IMG/VR virus record: IMGVR_UViG_3300045996_001835
Location: 1-51,544 of that record
DNA length: 51,544 nucleotides
DNA from: a virus
Taxonomy: Duplodnaviria; Caudoviricetes
Reading direction: 5' to 3' (one strand)
Shown here: positions 1-9,597 of the stretch, piece by piece
How the letters are laid out: each line of letters starts with the position of its first letter
Position numbering within the stretch: the first letter of the stretch is position 1
Position numbers and translations under genes: made by a program
The notes under the pieces: model-generated
What the model was told of the DNA's origin: nothing
What the model saw: only the letters and a program-made list of their open reading frames with translations
Databases searched by the model: none

Positions 1-166
1 GTACTTATAACAAATTTAACAAATCGTACCAACTCAACTGTTCGGAATTTCCGAATAGTCGCCCTACCCCACCCGCTCCCCTGCCCATTCAAGCACAACA
101 AAATACCTTTCCTGTGCATAACTCCAGGGATTATGTGCATAACTGTGTATGGTTTCACTGACGCTG
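1..166. repeat. Terminal direct repeat, left copy (circularity overlap)
   Basis: Matches 51379-51544; first 126 nt identical, then 4 mismatches (positions 127, 143, 149, 152). Confidence 0.95.
36..142. promoter_or_regulatory. Putative plasmid origin/control region: TTCGGAA-T-TTCCGAA palindrome (41-55) and two DnaA boxes (113-121, 134-142)
   Basis: TGTGCATAA twice equals TTATGCACA on the minus strand, fitting TTATNCACA; on the circle it lies upstream of the rep gene at 50335-51303. Confidence 0.65.
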
Positions 167-528
167 GTGACAAACTTTGATTTCTCGGAGTTTTCTATTT
201 GTCCGGCGCAGAACTTTCCTGTTAAGGTACCTGTCAGACGTACCGATAATGTGGCTATTTCGACGCTCTGGCGGTGGGGGCCGGGAGCAAAGGACTTTAT
301 AGGTAAGATGGATGCTGAGAGGAGTTTACGGCGGCGACAGATTCTGGGAGATTTACGAGTTGAACCCATTCATACACCCGATAACTGGTGAGCCAATCGA
401 CATTGACTACTTCCTCGAAAACGAGCCGACACCATGGTTATTCGAGATGTCAAAAATATGGGACCGTGCCTGCAAGTGCACTGCCCGCCCCTATGGCGCC
501 GGACCTTATGCTGTCGCACTCCCCTGCC

Positions 529-1626
529 CTATCGCTTCCGCTTGCCCTGCTGCCCCTCCTGGATAGCCTCGATACCTGCCTCGGCATAGCGCAGGATGTT
601 TTCGAGCCTGGTCAACATCTGATTCTGTGTCAGCACATCATACGATCCATTGGAGGATAGCCGCTCGTATTGCTGCGCAAAGTATTGCAGCCCTTCCTCG
701 GTGCGCTCCAGCATGACCGGCAAGGCGCTGGGTAGCACTTCGGGGGCGCCGTAGACTTTCCTGGAGCCCTGAGACTGGATAAAGCGCTCGCTAGCCGGTG
801 TGCGGCTGGTAGTGATGCCGGTATTCGATTCATAGCCGCTGGCGCGGTATTGGTCTGGCGGCTCGTAACCGGCGGGGCGGTCGGTGAAGAGTTCGGGGGT
901 TGATTCCGTCGCGCGTTTTGGTACAGAGGCTAAGTGAGGGGCGTTGCGTAGCTTCCATTCATCGATCCGGTGTTTGATTTCCTGCACCGTCAATGTGTCG
1001 AAATTGGCGTTTAGCTCGTTGCGCAATTTGGTGTTTGGAGCCTTGCCGATTTCGAGAGCCTTCGAAAGCGAATCGGGCTTCTTGAGCTGCTCCATAATTT
1101 CGGGCTCCAGCTTCGAAGCGTAGAATCGGTTGTCCACCCATCCCCTACCCTCCCCCAGATGCTTCTGCACATCGGCCACCGACATATTGAACTCTTCAAT
1201 GAGGCGTGCCACTGCCTTCACTTCGTCATAGGCCGTTAAGTCTTCGCGGTCGCGGTTTTCGGCCAGTGCAATCAGGAAGGCCTGGACGTCATTTAGCTCT
1301 CGGATTTCGGCGCGCAGATGCGGCAGGCCTTTCCAGTCGCGCCCGGGCTTCGAGCCGCGCCACCGTGTCTCACCGATAACGATTTGATACTCGCCGTTGA
1401 TGGTCGGGTGAGGGCGAACGAGAATGTTCTGCAACTGCCCTTTCGTCTTGAGCGACTCGCGCATACGCGCGATATTCTCGTCGGTGATTTCGTTGCGCGG
1501 CTGGTTTGGCAGCGGGTGTAATTTGTCGCGTTGAATCTCGACGCTGCCGCCGCTGACCTTCACTTCGTCGTTATCTTTCTTGTGCCTCTGAGCGCCCTGA
1601 CGGGCCAATGCGATAGCGTCAAGCAT
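529..1626 (-). CDS. parB: ParB/RepB/Spo0J partition protein
   Basis: [25 protein letters not shown] (arginine patch), ENRDREDL, then HTH; overlaps the parA stop. Confidence 0.93.
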   Translation of the reverse strand: MLDAIALARQGAQRHKKDNDEVKVSGGSVEIQRDKLHPLPNQPRNEITDENIARMRESLKTKGQLQNILVRPHPTINGEYQIVIGETRWRGSKPGRDWKGLPHLRAEIRELNDVQAFLIALAENRDREDLTAYDEVKAVARLIEEFNMSVADVQKHLGEGRGWVDNRFYASKLEPEIMEQLKKPDSLSKALEIGKAPNTKLRNELNANFDTLTVQEIKHRIDEWKLRNAPHLASVPKRATESTPELFTDRPAGYEPPDQYRASGYESNTGITTSRTPASERFIQSQGSRKVYGAPEVLPSALPVMLERTEEGLQYFAQQYERLSSNGSYDVLTQNQMLTRLENILRYAEAGIEAIQEGQQGKRKR

Positions 1627-2242
1627 GGTTCATCCCTTCTACTTCTACAGCTAATTTACGGCATGCCCTGGCTGCCGGCGAGTCTGGTTCGAAATCGATT
1701 ACTGATTTTGCGCGCATGGCAGCGGACCCAAAAAGCACGCTATTAGGGATAGCTGTCTTCGCCATGTGACCCGCAAAATTCTCTTTGATGCTTTTGCGCA
1801 CTTCCTTGCGGTGCCCTGCCCCACTGTTCTTACTGAGCAACACCCGATAGCGCAGATCGGGCCGTCCATCATTCTTAATCGATTCAGCCACGTCGACCGT
1901 GCGCACCAGGGCTATCAATGAATCGATTTCGTTTTCGGTGGTAATCAGCGCCACGTCGCACAATTTGAGGATAGCGGCAGCGTCTTGATCATTTAGGCTT
2001 CGCGGGCTGTCTACGAGAACGTAGGCGGCTTTCTGCTTGCGGATCACATTCCCCAGTGTGAGCAGTGTGGCGAGATGGAACGACGCGCCGGTAATCGATT
2101 TGCGGTATCGATAGGCGGTCTCTTGATCATCGGTATCGATGACCGCGACTTTATGGCCTCGTTCGGCGAGAGCGGCGGCAAGGTTTACCACGGTGGTGGT
2201 CTTACCGACACCCCCTTTTTGGTTGATTACAGAGATGATCAT
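1619..2242 (-). CDS. parA: ParA Walker-type partition ATPase
   Basis: [10 protein letters not shown] deviant Walker [14 protein letters not shown]. Confidence 0.95.
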   Translation of the reverse strand: MIISVINQKGGVGKTTTVVNLAAALAERGHKVAVIDTDDQETAYRYRKSITGASFHLATLLTLGNVIRKQKAAYVLVDSPRSLNDQDAAAILKLCDVALITTENEIDSLIALVRTVDVAESIKNDGRPDLRYRVLLSKNSGAGHRKEVRKSIKENFAGHMAKTAIPNSVLFGSAAMRAKSVIDFEPDSPAARACRKLAVEVEGMNHA

Positions 2243-2295
2243 TAACGAGCTATCCCCTACTCTACATTAGCATTGAAACTTGACAAAGATTGAGA

Positions 2296-2898
2296 CTACG
2301 CCCCGGCCACCCCGATCACGTTCCCGGTCCAGTACCCGACCGCGTGAACCTCCTGTGCCCCTTCGGGCATTTCGAGCTTGTTGTTCTTGCCGTCGCGAAG
2401 TACGACCTTTTGGCCGTCGTGACCCCATTTCTTGATAGTGCCCCAAGCCTGGTTGGTATCAAGATTGACAGCGGTGACGACGCACACTTGCCCAGCGCGC
2501 GGTGCCCTATAGCCGAACGGGCGAATGTGCAAGATTGCTTCTTCGGGGATCCCGACCTCAAGCATGGAACATCCACGGGTCGCCATTAGCATATCGGTCT
2601 GATGAACGCCCCAGAGCTGCACTAGATTAGGCGATAACTCGAAGTCGCTTACTTCCTCGGCGTTGGCGTCCTGCCACTCTCCGCAAGGAGCGGTGTGATA
2701 AAGTCGCAGAGTCACGGCGTTAGCGTCGCCGCGGCTGATAAGCTGCTCTACGGCCATCTCTACCACAGCGTTAACGCTCATGCGGTTTTTTGCCGCTAGC
2801 GTGTTTAGCCCGTCGATGGTGCTTGGGCGAAAATAGCCGTTGAAGCGTCCTGTTTTACGCTCCCGCCCTGGTGTTTTAGTTTCCTCAGCCATGTCCAT
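2296..2898 (-). CDS. Prophage repressor-like protein: N-terminal ribbon-helix-helix plus S24/LexA-like C-terminal domain
   Basis: FNGYFRPSTIDGLNTLAAKNRMSVNAVVEMAV (RHH-like); APCG, GCSM and TIKK align with the cleavage site, Ser and Lys of S24 proteins; divergent from a cro-like gene; start at 2898 or 2892. Confidence 0.7.
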   Translation of the reverse strand: MDMAEETKTPGRERKTGRFNGYFRPSTIDGLNTLAAKNRMSVNAVVEMAVEQLISRGDANAVTLRLYHTAPCGEWQDANAEEVSDFELSPNLVQLWGVHQTDMLMATRGCSMLEVGIPEEAILHIRPFGYRAPRAGQVCVVTAVNLDTNQAWGTIKKWGHDGQKVVLRDGKNNKLEMPEGAQEVHAVGYWTGNVIGVAGA

Positions 2899-2899
2899 A

Positions 2900-3075
2900 C
2901 CATTACTTAACGTTAGTTCAATTGTACTTACTGTCCAATTATAACAATTTCGTAAAAAAACACAGAAAAATTTATTGAATACTATTGAAATCACATAAAG
3001 TAACGTTATATAATGTGAAGTGACGTTGAATCTGATTACTTGATGTGGTTTTATCGTTCATTACGTAATGCAATG
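2900..3075. promoter_or_regulatory. Divergent lysis/lysogeny switch promoters with operators
   Basis: Plus strand TTGAAA(2985)-18-TATAAT(3009); minus strand extended TGTTATAAT (2938-2946); dyad TCACAT-N4-TAACGTTA-N4-ATGTGA at 2991-3018; second TAACGTTA at 2908-2915; CATTACGTAATG at 3059-3070. Confidence 0.75.
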
Positions 3076-3083
3076 CCGAGGGG

Positions 3084-3287
3084 GTGAATATGAGCACTCT
3101 GCTAACGATAGGTCAGCTAGCGGAACAGCTACAGGTCCATGAACAGACTTTAAGACAAATGATAAAGGACGGGAGAGTTACGGGGATCCCCGTTGGTAAG
3201 AAAAGTCTGAGATTCCGGCTGGACGATGTAATAGAGGAACTTAGAAAAACTAACGCCCCAGAAACGAAAGAACCCGCCGCTATCTAG
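3084..3287 (+). CDS. Cro/excisionase-like HTH DNA-binding protein
   Basis: LLTIGQLAEQLQVHEQTLRQMIKDG...LRFRLDDV winged-HTH pattern. Confidence 0.85.
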   Translation: MNMSTLLTIGQLAEQLQVHEQTLRQMIKDGRVTGIPVGKKSLRFRLDDVIEELRKTNAPETKEPAAI

Positions 3288-3341
3288 AGAATAGCGACGG
3301 GAGCACGATCAGAATTTTACAACACCCGCAGGGAGCACACA

Positions 3342-4154
3342 ATGAAAAACGAATCCCCCACTCTGCCCCGCAGAAGACCCTCGGCCAGCACCCCCGCTGG
3401 CCCCAATAACATCCTCACCTTACCTGTCGCCGACGTGGACGCCGAACTTGCCACCGTCCGCGCTATTTCTTCCTGCACTGTCGGAGAAGCGATAACACGA
3501 GCCAGAAGAGCATACGACGACGCCTATCGCAATTGGCAGCTCTGGGCCGCACGTCCGACCGACCAAAACGCATTAGAGCGCGCCGACTATTATCTGTCAG
3601 AAATCTCGCTCGTTCTCCAAAGACTGGAGAATGTGGCGGGCATTGCTGTCGCCGATATCGGCCCGCTTCCAAAAGCTCTCAAAGTTATTGAGCAAGAAGA
3701 AATCGCGCCCGACTTCGTGGAGCACTTGGAAGCGCCGGAGAAGCCGGCCAAACGCTCTTCCGAATGGCTCGCCGCAATGGGTGCACTTCGTATCGAAATG
3801 GCCGCTTCCGGACTGGACCGCAAAGTAGAACTTCCGGCACAGCGTGAGACGCGTATCGGCTGCGTAGCGCACTGGATTGGGCGGACCATTGAGAGCTTTA
3901 GCGATATGGATATTCGGGAGCTTCATATGGTAACGGATGCGATACGGCGCGGTGATATTGGGAATGGGTGGGAGATTGTGACGGACGCCGCCTTGATGCC
4001 AACCGGTCGAGTCTCTACCGTAAACCATCCATTAGAGGCCGAGGATTCTGTGTATTATGAGTCGCTTGTCAATTACTACGATGAGTGCGCTCGTGAGGCA
4101 AACGCACCGATGCCCGGTGAAGATGAAGCATGGGATTTTGAGGAGGCAGCATGA
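3342..4154 (+). CDS. Hypothetical early protein
   Basis: 270-aa ORF with GGGAG RBS, ATGA overlap with the next gene. Confidence 0.75.
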   Translation: MKNESPTLPRRRPSASTPAGPNNILTLPVADVDAELATVRAISSCTVGEAITRARRAYDDAYRNWQLWAARPTDQNALERADYYLSEISLVLQRLENVAGIAVADIGPLPKALKVIEQEEIAPDFVEHLEAPEKPAKRSSEWLAAMGALRIEMAASGLDRKVELPAQRETRIGCVAHWIGRTIESFSDMDIRELHMVTDAIRRGDIGNGWEIVTDAALMPTGRVSTVNHPLEAEDSVYYESLVNYYDECAREANAPMPGEDEAWDFEEAA

Positions 4155-4462
4155 AAACGATTGAGGTCAATGTGACGGCGGAAGATATTGGGAACAATGG
4201 CGGAGTGCCGCCCCTTACTGCCGCGATAAAACGGGTAGTTGACGACAAGAAAATTACTGTTTGTTGCCTGATCGAGTTTGTTTTATTCACGGCCAAAAAT
4301 ACTGGCCGGCAAAGCGAAGTGAGGCTTCCTGTCGCCGTTAGAAAGTGGGAGATGGCGTGGGCCCACAATGAACTCGCCATAAAGAAAGATAAGGATTTCG
4401 GCGGCATCTCTTTCACCCTCAAAGTTCCCGACTGGGTTCAACTCCGCACCGAAACGAACTAA
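4151..4462 (+). CDS. Hypothetical protein
   Basis: GAGGAGG RBS, coupled to the upstream ORF. Confidence 0.7.
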   Translation: MKTIEVNVTAEDIGNNGGVPPLTAAIKRVVDDKKITVCCLIEFVLFTAKNTGRQSEVRLPVAVRKWEMAWAHNELAIKKDKDFGGISFTLKVPDWVQLRTETN

Positions 4463-4502
4463 CCCCTATCCCCCACTCCCGGCGATGGGTGGCGGATGAA
4501 AA

Positions 4503-4967
4503 ATGGAGAAGATTATGAAAAATACGAAGATTTACGTGGCGTCTTCATGGCGCAATGACTATCAACCGGACGTGGTGAATGTCCTTGTTGGTGAGGGGTT
4601 CGAAGTCTATGACTTCAAGAATCCGGCCCCAGGCGATAATGGTTTTCATTGGTCCGCCATCGACCCTAAATGGAAGGAATGGGATGCTCAAAAGTTTGTT
4701 GAATCCCTCCAGCATCCCATCGCACAAGATGGCTTCGGTAAAGACATGGCTGCTCTCATGGACTGTGATCTATGCGTCCTCGTTATGCCGTGCGGTAGGA
4801 GTGCGCATCTCGAAGCTGGTTATGCAGTCGGCGCTGGGAAGCCAACCATTATTCTTTTGCAAGACGGTGAGCCGGAGTTGATGTATCTCATGGCAGACAC
4901 CGCAACGACCATTGAACGTGTCGTCGAATGGTGCAACGAGCACGCAGAGATCATGGCACGCACCTAA
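4503..4967 (+). CDS. Nucleoside 2-deoxyribosyltransferase-like protein
   Basis: KIYVASSW...DMAALMDCDLCVLV...SAHLEAGYAVGAGKP NDT-fold motifs. Confidence 0.8.
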   Translation: MEKIMKNTKIYVASSWRNDYQPDVVNVLVGEGFEVYDFKNPAPGDNGFHWSAIDPKWKEWDAQKFVESLQHPIAQDGFGKDMAALMDCDLCVLVMPCGRSAHLEAGYAVGAGKPTIILLQDGEPELMYLMADTATTIERVVEWCNEHAEIMART

Positions 4968-5315
4968 CGCCCCACACTCGCATCTTAAGGAGGTGATAGC
5001 TTTGAAAGCCACCACGATGACAACCAGAAGGTAACAACCCCGCACAACGAAACACGCACTACAAATCGCAGACGATGCAGAGAGGCACCAACCATGAGGA
5101 AACGGAATAAGCGACGCGGTATTGATTTCACCGCGCATAGTTTGGAGAAAAAACTCAGATGCTAGATAGAGGAAATCTGTCAAGGCGTTATGGACTTCGG
5201 GAACTGGGAGGATGATAGCCTAATGGCTTTTGAATTTATTTCATTGACGGCAAGAAGATAGAACTGGTTGGTATGGGAGCAGGGGCGTGAAATTGGATGA
5301 GAGGGAGAGAAGGCG

Positions 5316-6281
5316 ATGGAAAGAAGAAGAGCGCACATAGTCAATTACTCGGGCGGTATCGGTTCTTACGTGGCCGCTAAACGCGTTAAGGAACGACACG
5401 GCGAAACAGATTTGATTTTGCTATTTACAGATACGATGACCGAGCACCCAGACCTGTATCGTTTCTTGGTCGAATCTGCGGCGAGGTTGTTTTGTGGTGG
5501 CACGAATCGCCACGATGCTCGCAGGCTGGTAGACCTCGCCAGACAGATACCCGAACTGTCACGCGAGACCGAAATCCTGCGCAAGCAGTTAATTCACAAG
5601 TTGCGTAAAGCGGCGACGAGGGTAATACCTGGCCTTGAGTGGCTCTGTGAGGGTCGAACGGTCTGGGAGCTTTTTAAAGATGAAAGATTTATCGGCAACA
5701 CGAAGGCAGACATCTGCTCCCGTGTGCTTAAGAGGGAAATGGCCGATGGCTACGTGAAGGCATTCCACACGCCTGAAACATGCGTGCGATACCTTGGCAT
5801 AGACATCTTCGAAGAGCATCGATATCTCAGAGCAAAAGAGTTGTTTCGCCCGTGGGTATTGGAGGCTCCGCTTTGTGACAAACCATACTACAGCAAAGAA
5901 GACATGAAGAGAATTGTTGAGGAGGATGAAATGCAGATACCTCAACTTTATATCGATGGCTTCGACCATAACAACTGTGGCGGATTTTGCAGCAAGGCGG
6001 GTCAAGGGCATTTTAAAAATTTGCTCCTAAAAAGGCCCGCTTATTTCGGATACAACGAAGACGAAGAGAATGACACGCGCGCCATTGTTGGCGACTATTC
6101 TGTTCTTCGCGACCGCACAGGCGGCGTCACAAAACCTCTAACATTGACGGCACTGCGCAAGAAAGTAGAGGAGAAAAAACCAATAGAAGAAAACGACTGG
6201 CGCGGTTGTGCGTGTTTCTTCGACACGTCCGACTCGCCCGACGCAGCCGACCATGAATTAGAGGCGGTGACATCCCCATGA
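5316..6281 (+). CDS. PP-loop (PAPS reductase-like) protein with Cys motifs
   Basis: SGGIGS PP-loop, FTDT, CSRVLK, HNNCGGFC, GCAC. Confidence 0.75.
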   Translation: MERRRAHIVNYSGGIGSYVAAKRVKERHGETDLILLFTDTMTEHPDLYRFLVESAARLFCGGTNRHDARRLVDLARQIPELSRETEILRKQLIHKLRKAATRVIPGLEWLCEGRTVWELFKDERFIGNTKADICSRVLKREMADGYVKAFHTPETCVRYLGIDIFEEHRYLRAKELFRPWVLEAPLCDKPYYSKEDMKRIVEEDEMQIPQLYIDGFDHNNCGGFCSKAGQGHFKNLLLKRPAYFGYNEDEENDTRAIVGDYSVLRDRTGGVTKPLTLTALRKKVEEKKPIEENDWRGCACFFDTSDSPDAADHELEAVTSP

Positions 6282-6763
6282 CCACCTCCACCATAGACGC
6301 GGTGCCGAGCGAAGTGAGAGAGGCGGCAGCCGGTCTGACAGCCTTCGCTGACTATTCGGAGCAATACGACGAGATGCAGTTGACCCGCGACTATGCTGAG
6401 TTTGCAAAAGTCAGTTGCTACGCCTACATGGACTGTCTTTACCCCGACTTACACCCCGATAGGTTCGAGTCTGTAATGCGACTCTGCACCACCATCCAAC
6501 AATGGTACGACCGCAAAACCTTAAATCTCTTCTGGCACGACAACACCCTCCTTTACGGCAACCCTGACGAACCGGACAAGGCGCGCGAGGTGGGAGCGAT
6601 TACGGACCATCAGGGGTATTACACGTGGACCGGCAAGCACATTCAAAATGGCGTTTGTCAGAACCACAACTCCTATGGGAAGTACTCCGACCGGGCGGCG
6701 GCTATGAAGCATTGCGAAGGGTTCGCGCGTAAGTCGTTGAATCTGCCTGAGGTCTCCCCATGA
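6278..6763 (+). CDS. Hypothetical protein
   Basis: Coupled ORF in the early operon. Confidence 0.65.
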   Translation: MTTSTIDAVPSEVREAAAGLTAFADYSEQYDEMQLTRDYAEFAKVSCYAYMDCLYPDLHPDRFESVMRLCTTIQQWYDRKTLNLFWHDNTLLYGNPDEPDKAREVGAITDHQGYYTWTGKHIQNGVCQNHNSYGKYSDRAAAMKHCEGFARKSLNLPEVSP

Positions 6764-7023
6764 CAGCCGCCAAACGTAACCGCAAGCGTGGCCGCGTCGA
6801 GTGCGACGACTGCGCGAGATCGGGCTACAAGAAAACCGGAAATCTTATGCCCGCCGGCTGGTCGAAGAGCGGTCCCTGGCTGAGGCGGCTACTATGCCCG
6901 GACTGTGCGGCGAACCATAAAGCATCAGTTGAACGCAGTGCTGCGCGCGCGAGAGAAGCGCAGGAATCGGAAGCCGTCGCCATGCGCGAGGAGCGGGAGT
7001 TGTATGGGGCGGAGGGGAGATAG
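6760..7023 (+). CDS. Small zinc-finger protein
   Basis: CDDC...CPDC. Confidence 0.6.
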   Translation: MTAAKRNRKRGRVECDDCARSGYKKTGNLMPAGWSKSGPWLRRLLCPDCAANHKASVERSAARAREAQESEAVAMREERELYGAEGR

Positions 7024-7024
7024 C

Positions 7025-7750
7025 GTGCTGACATTTATATCCCTGTTCGCAGGTATCGGCGGGATGGACTTAGGCTTAGAGCGTGCGGGGATGCGGTGCG
7101 TGGCACAGGTGGAGATAGACGACTATGCAAACAGAGTGCTTGAGAAGAACTGGCCAGATGTTCCTCGATATCGAGACGTGCGAGAAGTTGGAAAGCACAA
7201 CCTGCCAACCGCCGATATCATCTGTGGTGGCTTTCCATGCCAAGACCTTGCCTATTGCGGGCTTGGAGCTGGCCTCGATGGTGAGCGGTCTGGATTATGG
7301 CGCGAGTACCACCGTATCATTCGCGAGTTACGACCCAGATACGTCCTCGTGGAAAACGTCGCAGCTTTGCTTAACAGGGGAATTGATAGAGTTCTCCGAG
7401 ACCTGGCCACGTGCGGGTATGATGCGGAATGGAGAATGTTTCGAGCGTCCGACTTCGGACTGCCCCATCGCAGAGAACGGCTGTTTATTGTTGCCTACCC
7501 CGACGAAGTCGATGGGCAAGCGGGGGTGGGGATTGAGCAGAACCGGACGCGCACGATACTCCCCACAGATAATCCACGATGCGTTCCTGTTCGGATACAA
7601 GCCGCCCATCGCTTTATTGGAATGGATGATGGGGTTCCCGCCCGACTTTACGAAGGCAGAGCAGGCGGAATCGGAAACGCCGTAGCTGTACCAGTTGCTG
7701 AATTTATTGGCAACTGCATTTTGAAATACCACAAGGAAACAACCCCATGA
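7025..7750 (+). CDS. dcm: DNA cytosine-5 methyltransferase, catalytic (alpha) chain
   Basis: FAGIGG (motif I), GGFPCQ (IV), ENV (VI), HRRERLF (VIII), GNAV (X); GTG start at 7025 after GGAGGGGAG. Confidence 0.93.
   Translation: MLTFISLFAGIGGMDLGLERAGMRCVAQVEIDDYANRVLEKNWPDVPRYRDVREVGKHNLPTADIICGGFPCQDLAYCGLGAGLDGERSGLWREYHRIIRELRPRYVLVENVAALLNRGIDRVLRDLATCGYDAEWRMFRASDFGLPHRRERLFIVAYPDEVDGQAGVGIEQNRTRTILPTDNPRCVPVRIQAAHRFIGMDDGVPARLYEGRAGGIGNAVAVPVAEFIGNCILKYHKETTP
7125..7685 (+). CDS. Putative methyltransferase beta chain nested in an alternative frame
   Basis: Open frame with SSWKTSQ, ETWPRAGMMRNG, LLPTPT and the motif IX-like EWMMGFPPDFT that is missing from the alpha frame; start uncertain. 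Confidence 0.7.
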   Translation: MQTECLRRTGQMFLDIETCEKLESTTCQPPISSVVAFHAKTLPIAGLELASMVSGLDYGASTTVSFASYDPDTSSWKTSQLCLTGELIEFSETWPRAGMMRNGECFERPTSDCPIAENGCLLLPTPTKSMGKRGWGLSRTGRARYSPQIIHDAFLFGYKPPIALLEWMMGFPPDFTKAEQAESETP

Positions 7751-7980
7751 CCACACCCATATTCATGCACCTGTTCGCACGCCTCATCCTAGCGCTCATA
7801 GCCCTCATAGTGGCCTATTATGTGGCTGGTGGTATCAGACGCTGCTTTACCCGCCAATCGCGCCAGAGAGACCGTGAGACACGCTACAACGCGTCGAGAT
7901 ACTACGAGACACAGTGCGAGCATATTCTTCGTAATCGCTGGATGTTTCGCTGTGAGGATGAAGTGGGGGTGGCGGCGTGA
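7747..7980 (+). CDS. Small membrane protein
   Basis: N-terminal hydrophobic helix. Confidence 0.55.
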   Translation: MTTPIFMHLFARLILALIALIVAYYVAGGIRRCFTRQSRQRDRETRYNASRYYETQCEHILRNRWMFRCEDEVGVAA

Positions 7981-8306
7981 GTGACTCTCAAGCAATCAGC
8001 GACGCCCTCCATCGCATCGAACAGGCCAAGGCTCAATATCCTGACACACTTCTGTTCGTCAGGCTAGGTGACTTCTACGAGTGCTACGGCATCGACGCCG
8101 AAACAGTAGCCCAAGAGCTAGAAATAGTGCTGACCCGCACCAGCAAAGCCAGCGACGCGCTCAAAATGACCGGGGTACCATACCACGCGGTCGAAAGGTA
8201 TGTACAGCAGCTCAACAACAAAGGGTATAGGTGCGCCATCCTAGAGCCGGGTGCGCAAGGTGCAATACTGCGCTCCCCTGGTAGCCTTGCGCCACACGCC
8301 GCCTAA
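7977..8306 (+). CDS. Stand-alone MutS domain I (mismatch recognition) protein
   Basis: KAQYPDTLLFVRLGDFYE...MTGVPYHAVERYVQQLNNKGYRCAILE. Confidence 0.88.
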   Translation: MSDSQAISDALHRIEQAKAQYPDTLLFVRLGDFYECYGIDAETVAQELEIVLTRTSKASDALKMTGVPYHAVERYVQQLNNKGYRCAILEPGAQGAILRSPGSLAPHAA

Positions 8307-8362
8307 TTCTCTCTCCCTGCTCGCCGTCGCGGTGGGGCAGGGGAGAAGCAAAGGATTTATTT

Positions 8363-9109
8363 ATGAGTGAACAGAATCAAAATAACTTAGCGGCTGCGCT
8401 CGTCGCCATGCAAAAGGAGTGCGCATACGTTCAGAAGGGCGGACGCAACCAGGCGCAAGGCTACAACTACGCCAGTGCCGCTGATGTGCTCCGCCATGTT
8501 AATGAGGCGGCTTGCGAGAACGCCTTGGCAAGCTTCCCGAGTGTTGACCTGCTCGATTGCATCCAAGTGCCGACACGCAACGGCCAAACCAATTTAGCGA
8601 CCGTGCGGGTGACTATGACACTTGTCCATGCGCCGAGCGGGGAGCGGTTGACGGTTTCGGCGTTAGGGCAAGGTGCCGACCCCGGCGATAAGGCTGTCGC
8701 TAAGGCGCAGACGATGGCGATTAAGTACGCTTGGATGCTCGCGCTCAATATCAGCACAGGTGACGACCCGGAAGCCGACGAATCGACTGACCGCGGCCAT
8801 TTAGACACCCCGCAGCCACAGGGGGCTCCACGGCAGCCTGTAGCGCACCAAAATGGCACATCACGGCCACCGTCCGGCGATGTCCCTGCGTGCCCGAAAT
8901 GTGGCGGTCAAATGTGGGACAACCGGGCGAAGAAAACCAACCCGAAAGCGCCCGACTTCAAGTGCAAGGACAAGGAGCATTGCGACGGCGCAACCTGGGT
9001 GCAATCGAACCGAGCACCGTCACCCGCGCCACAGTCGCGCACGATTCAGCAAGCTTTCGATGAAGATGCAGCCTACGCCGAGCAGATGGAAAACACGGCT
9101 TTTAGGTGA
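8363..9109 (+). CDS. ERF-family single-strand annealing protein with C-terminal zinc ribbon
   Basis: GYNYASAADV, GADPGDKAVAKAQTMAIKY, GDDPEAD; CPKC...PDFKC. Confidence 0.88.
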   Translation: MSEQNQNNLAAALVAMQKECAYVQKGGRNQAQGYNYASAADVLRHVNEAACENALASFPSVDLLDCIQVPTRNGQTNLATVRVTMTLVHAPSGERLTVSALGQGADPGDKAVAKAQTMAIKYAWMLALNISTGDDPEADESTDRGHLDTPQPQGAPRQPVAHQNGTSRPPSGDVPACPKCGGQMWDNRAKKTNPKAPDFKCKDKEHCDGATWVQSNRAPSPAPQSRTIQQAFDEDAAYAEQMENTAFR

Positions 9110-9276
9110 GGTGATTATGGGTAGATACTTCGAAGATGAAGACGACGAGAATTATGCTCCTTCATGCGAGCCTGACCCCTATAGCGATGCAGCCGATGCT
9201 CCGGTTGTGCAGCGTCCGACATGGGAGCAGGTACGGGACGCATGGGCGAAACCAAAGCAAGGGCAGGTGATGGACG

Positions 9277-9597
9277 ATGCAGCTTAATCTCGTGGATGCT
9301 ATCGCCGCCGCAGATGAAGGCATTGCCAGAGCAGACGACGGTGCCGACGTGCGTTTTATCGGGTGCGCTGAAATCGCTCTCCGATTTATTGCCGAGCGCA
9401 ACCAGTTCTTCACTACTGAGGATGTGAAACAGGTCTGTGAGGTGACGCCGCGCGAGGGCAGGGCGTGGGGCGGCGTGATGCAACGTGCGCTGCGTGACGG
9501 GATTGCAGAGGCAACCGATCAGCACCGGCGCTCAGGGTCCCGGGTGTGCCACGCAAGGCCGATGCGAGTGTGGCGGTCACTGATTTACTCGGGCTGA
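9277..9597 (+). CDS. Hypothetical protein (possible winged HTH)
   Basis: FTTEDV...RAWGGVMQRALRDGI...RVWRS pattern typical of phage proteins. Confidence 0.65.
   Translation: MQLNLVDAIAAADEGIARADDGADVRFIGCAEIALRFIAERNQFFTTEDVKQVCEVTPREGRAWGGVMQRALRDGIAEATDQHRRSGSRVCHARPMRVWRSLIYSG

Noticed and set aside
2272-2279. Isolated ATTGAAAC upstream of parA
   Set aside because: Flanks lack the AATCG(A/C)ACC part of the repeat; likely part of the parA promoter region
5094-5300. Frame interrupted by two TAG codons, suggesting stop-codon recoding
   Set aside because: TAG ends ordinary genes elsewhere (e.g. 3287, 34311) and long genes are intact in the standard code; likely a decayed or spurious ORF
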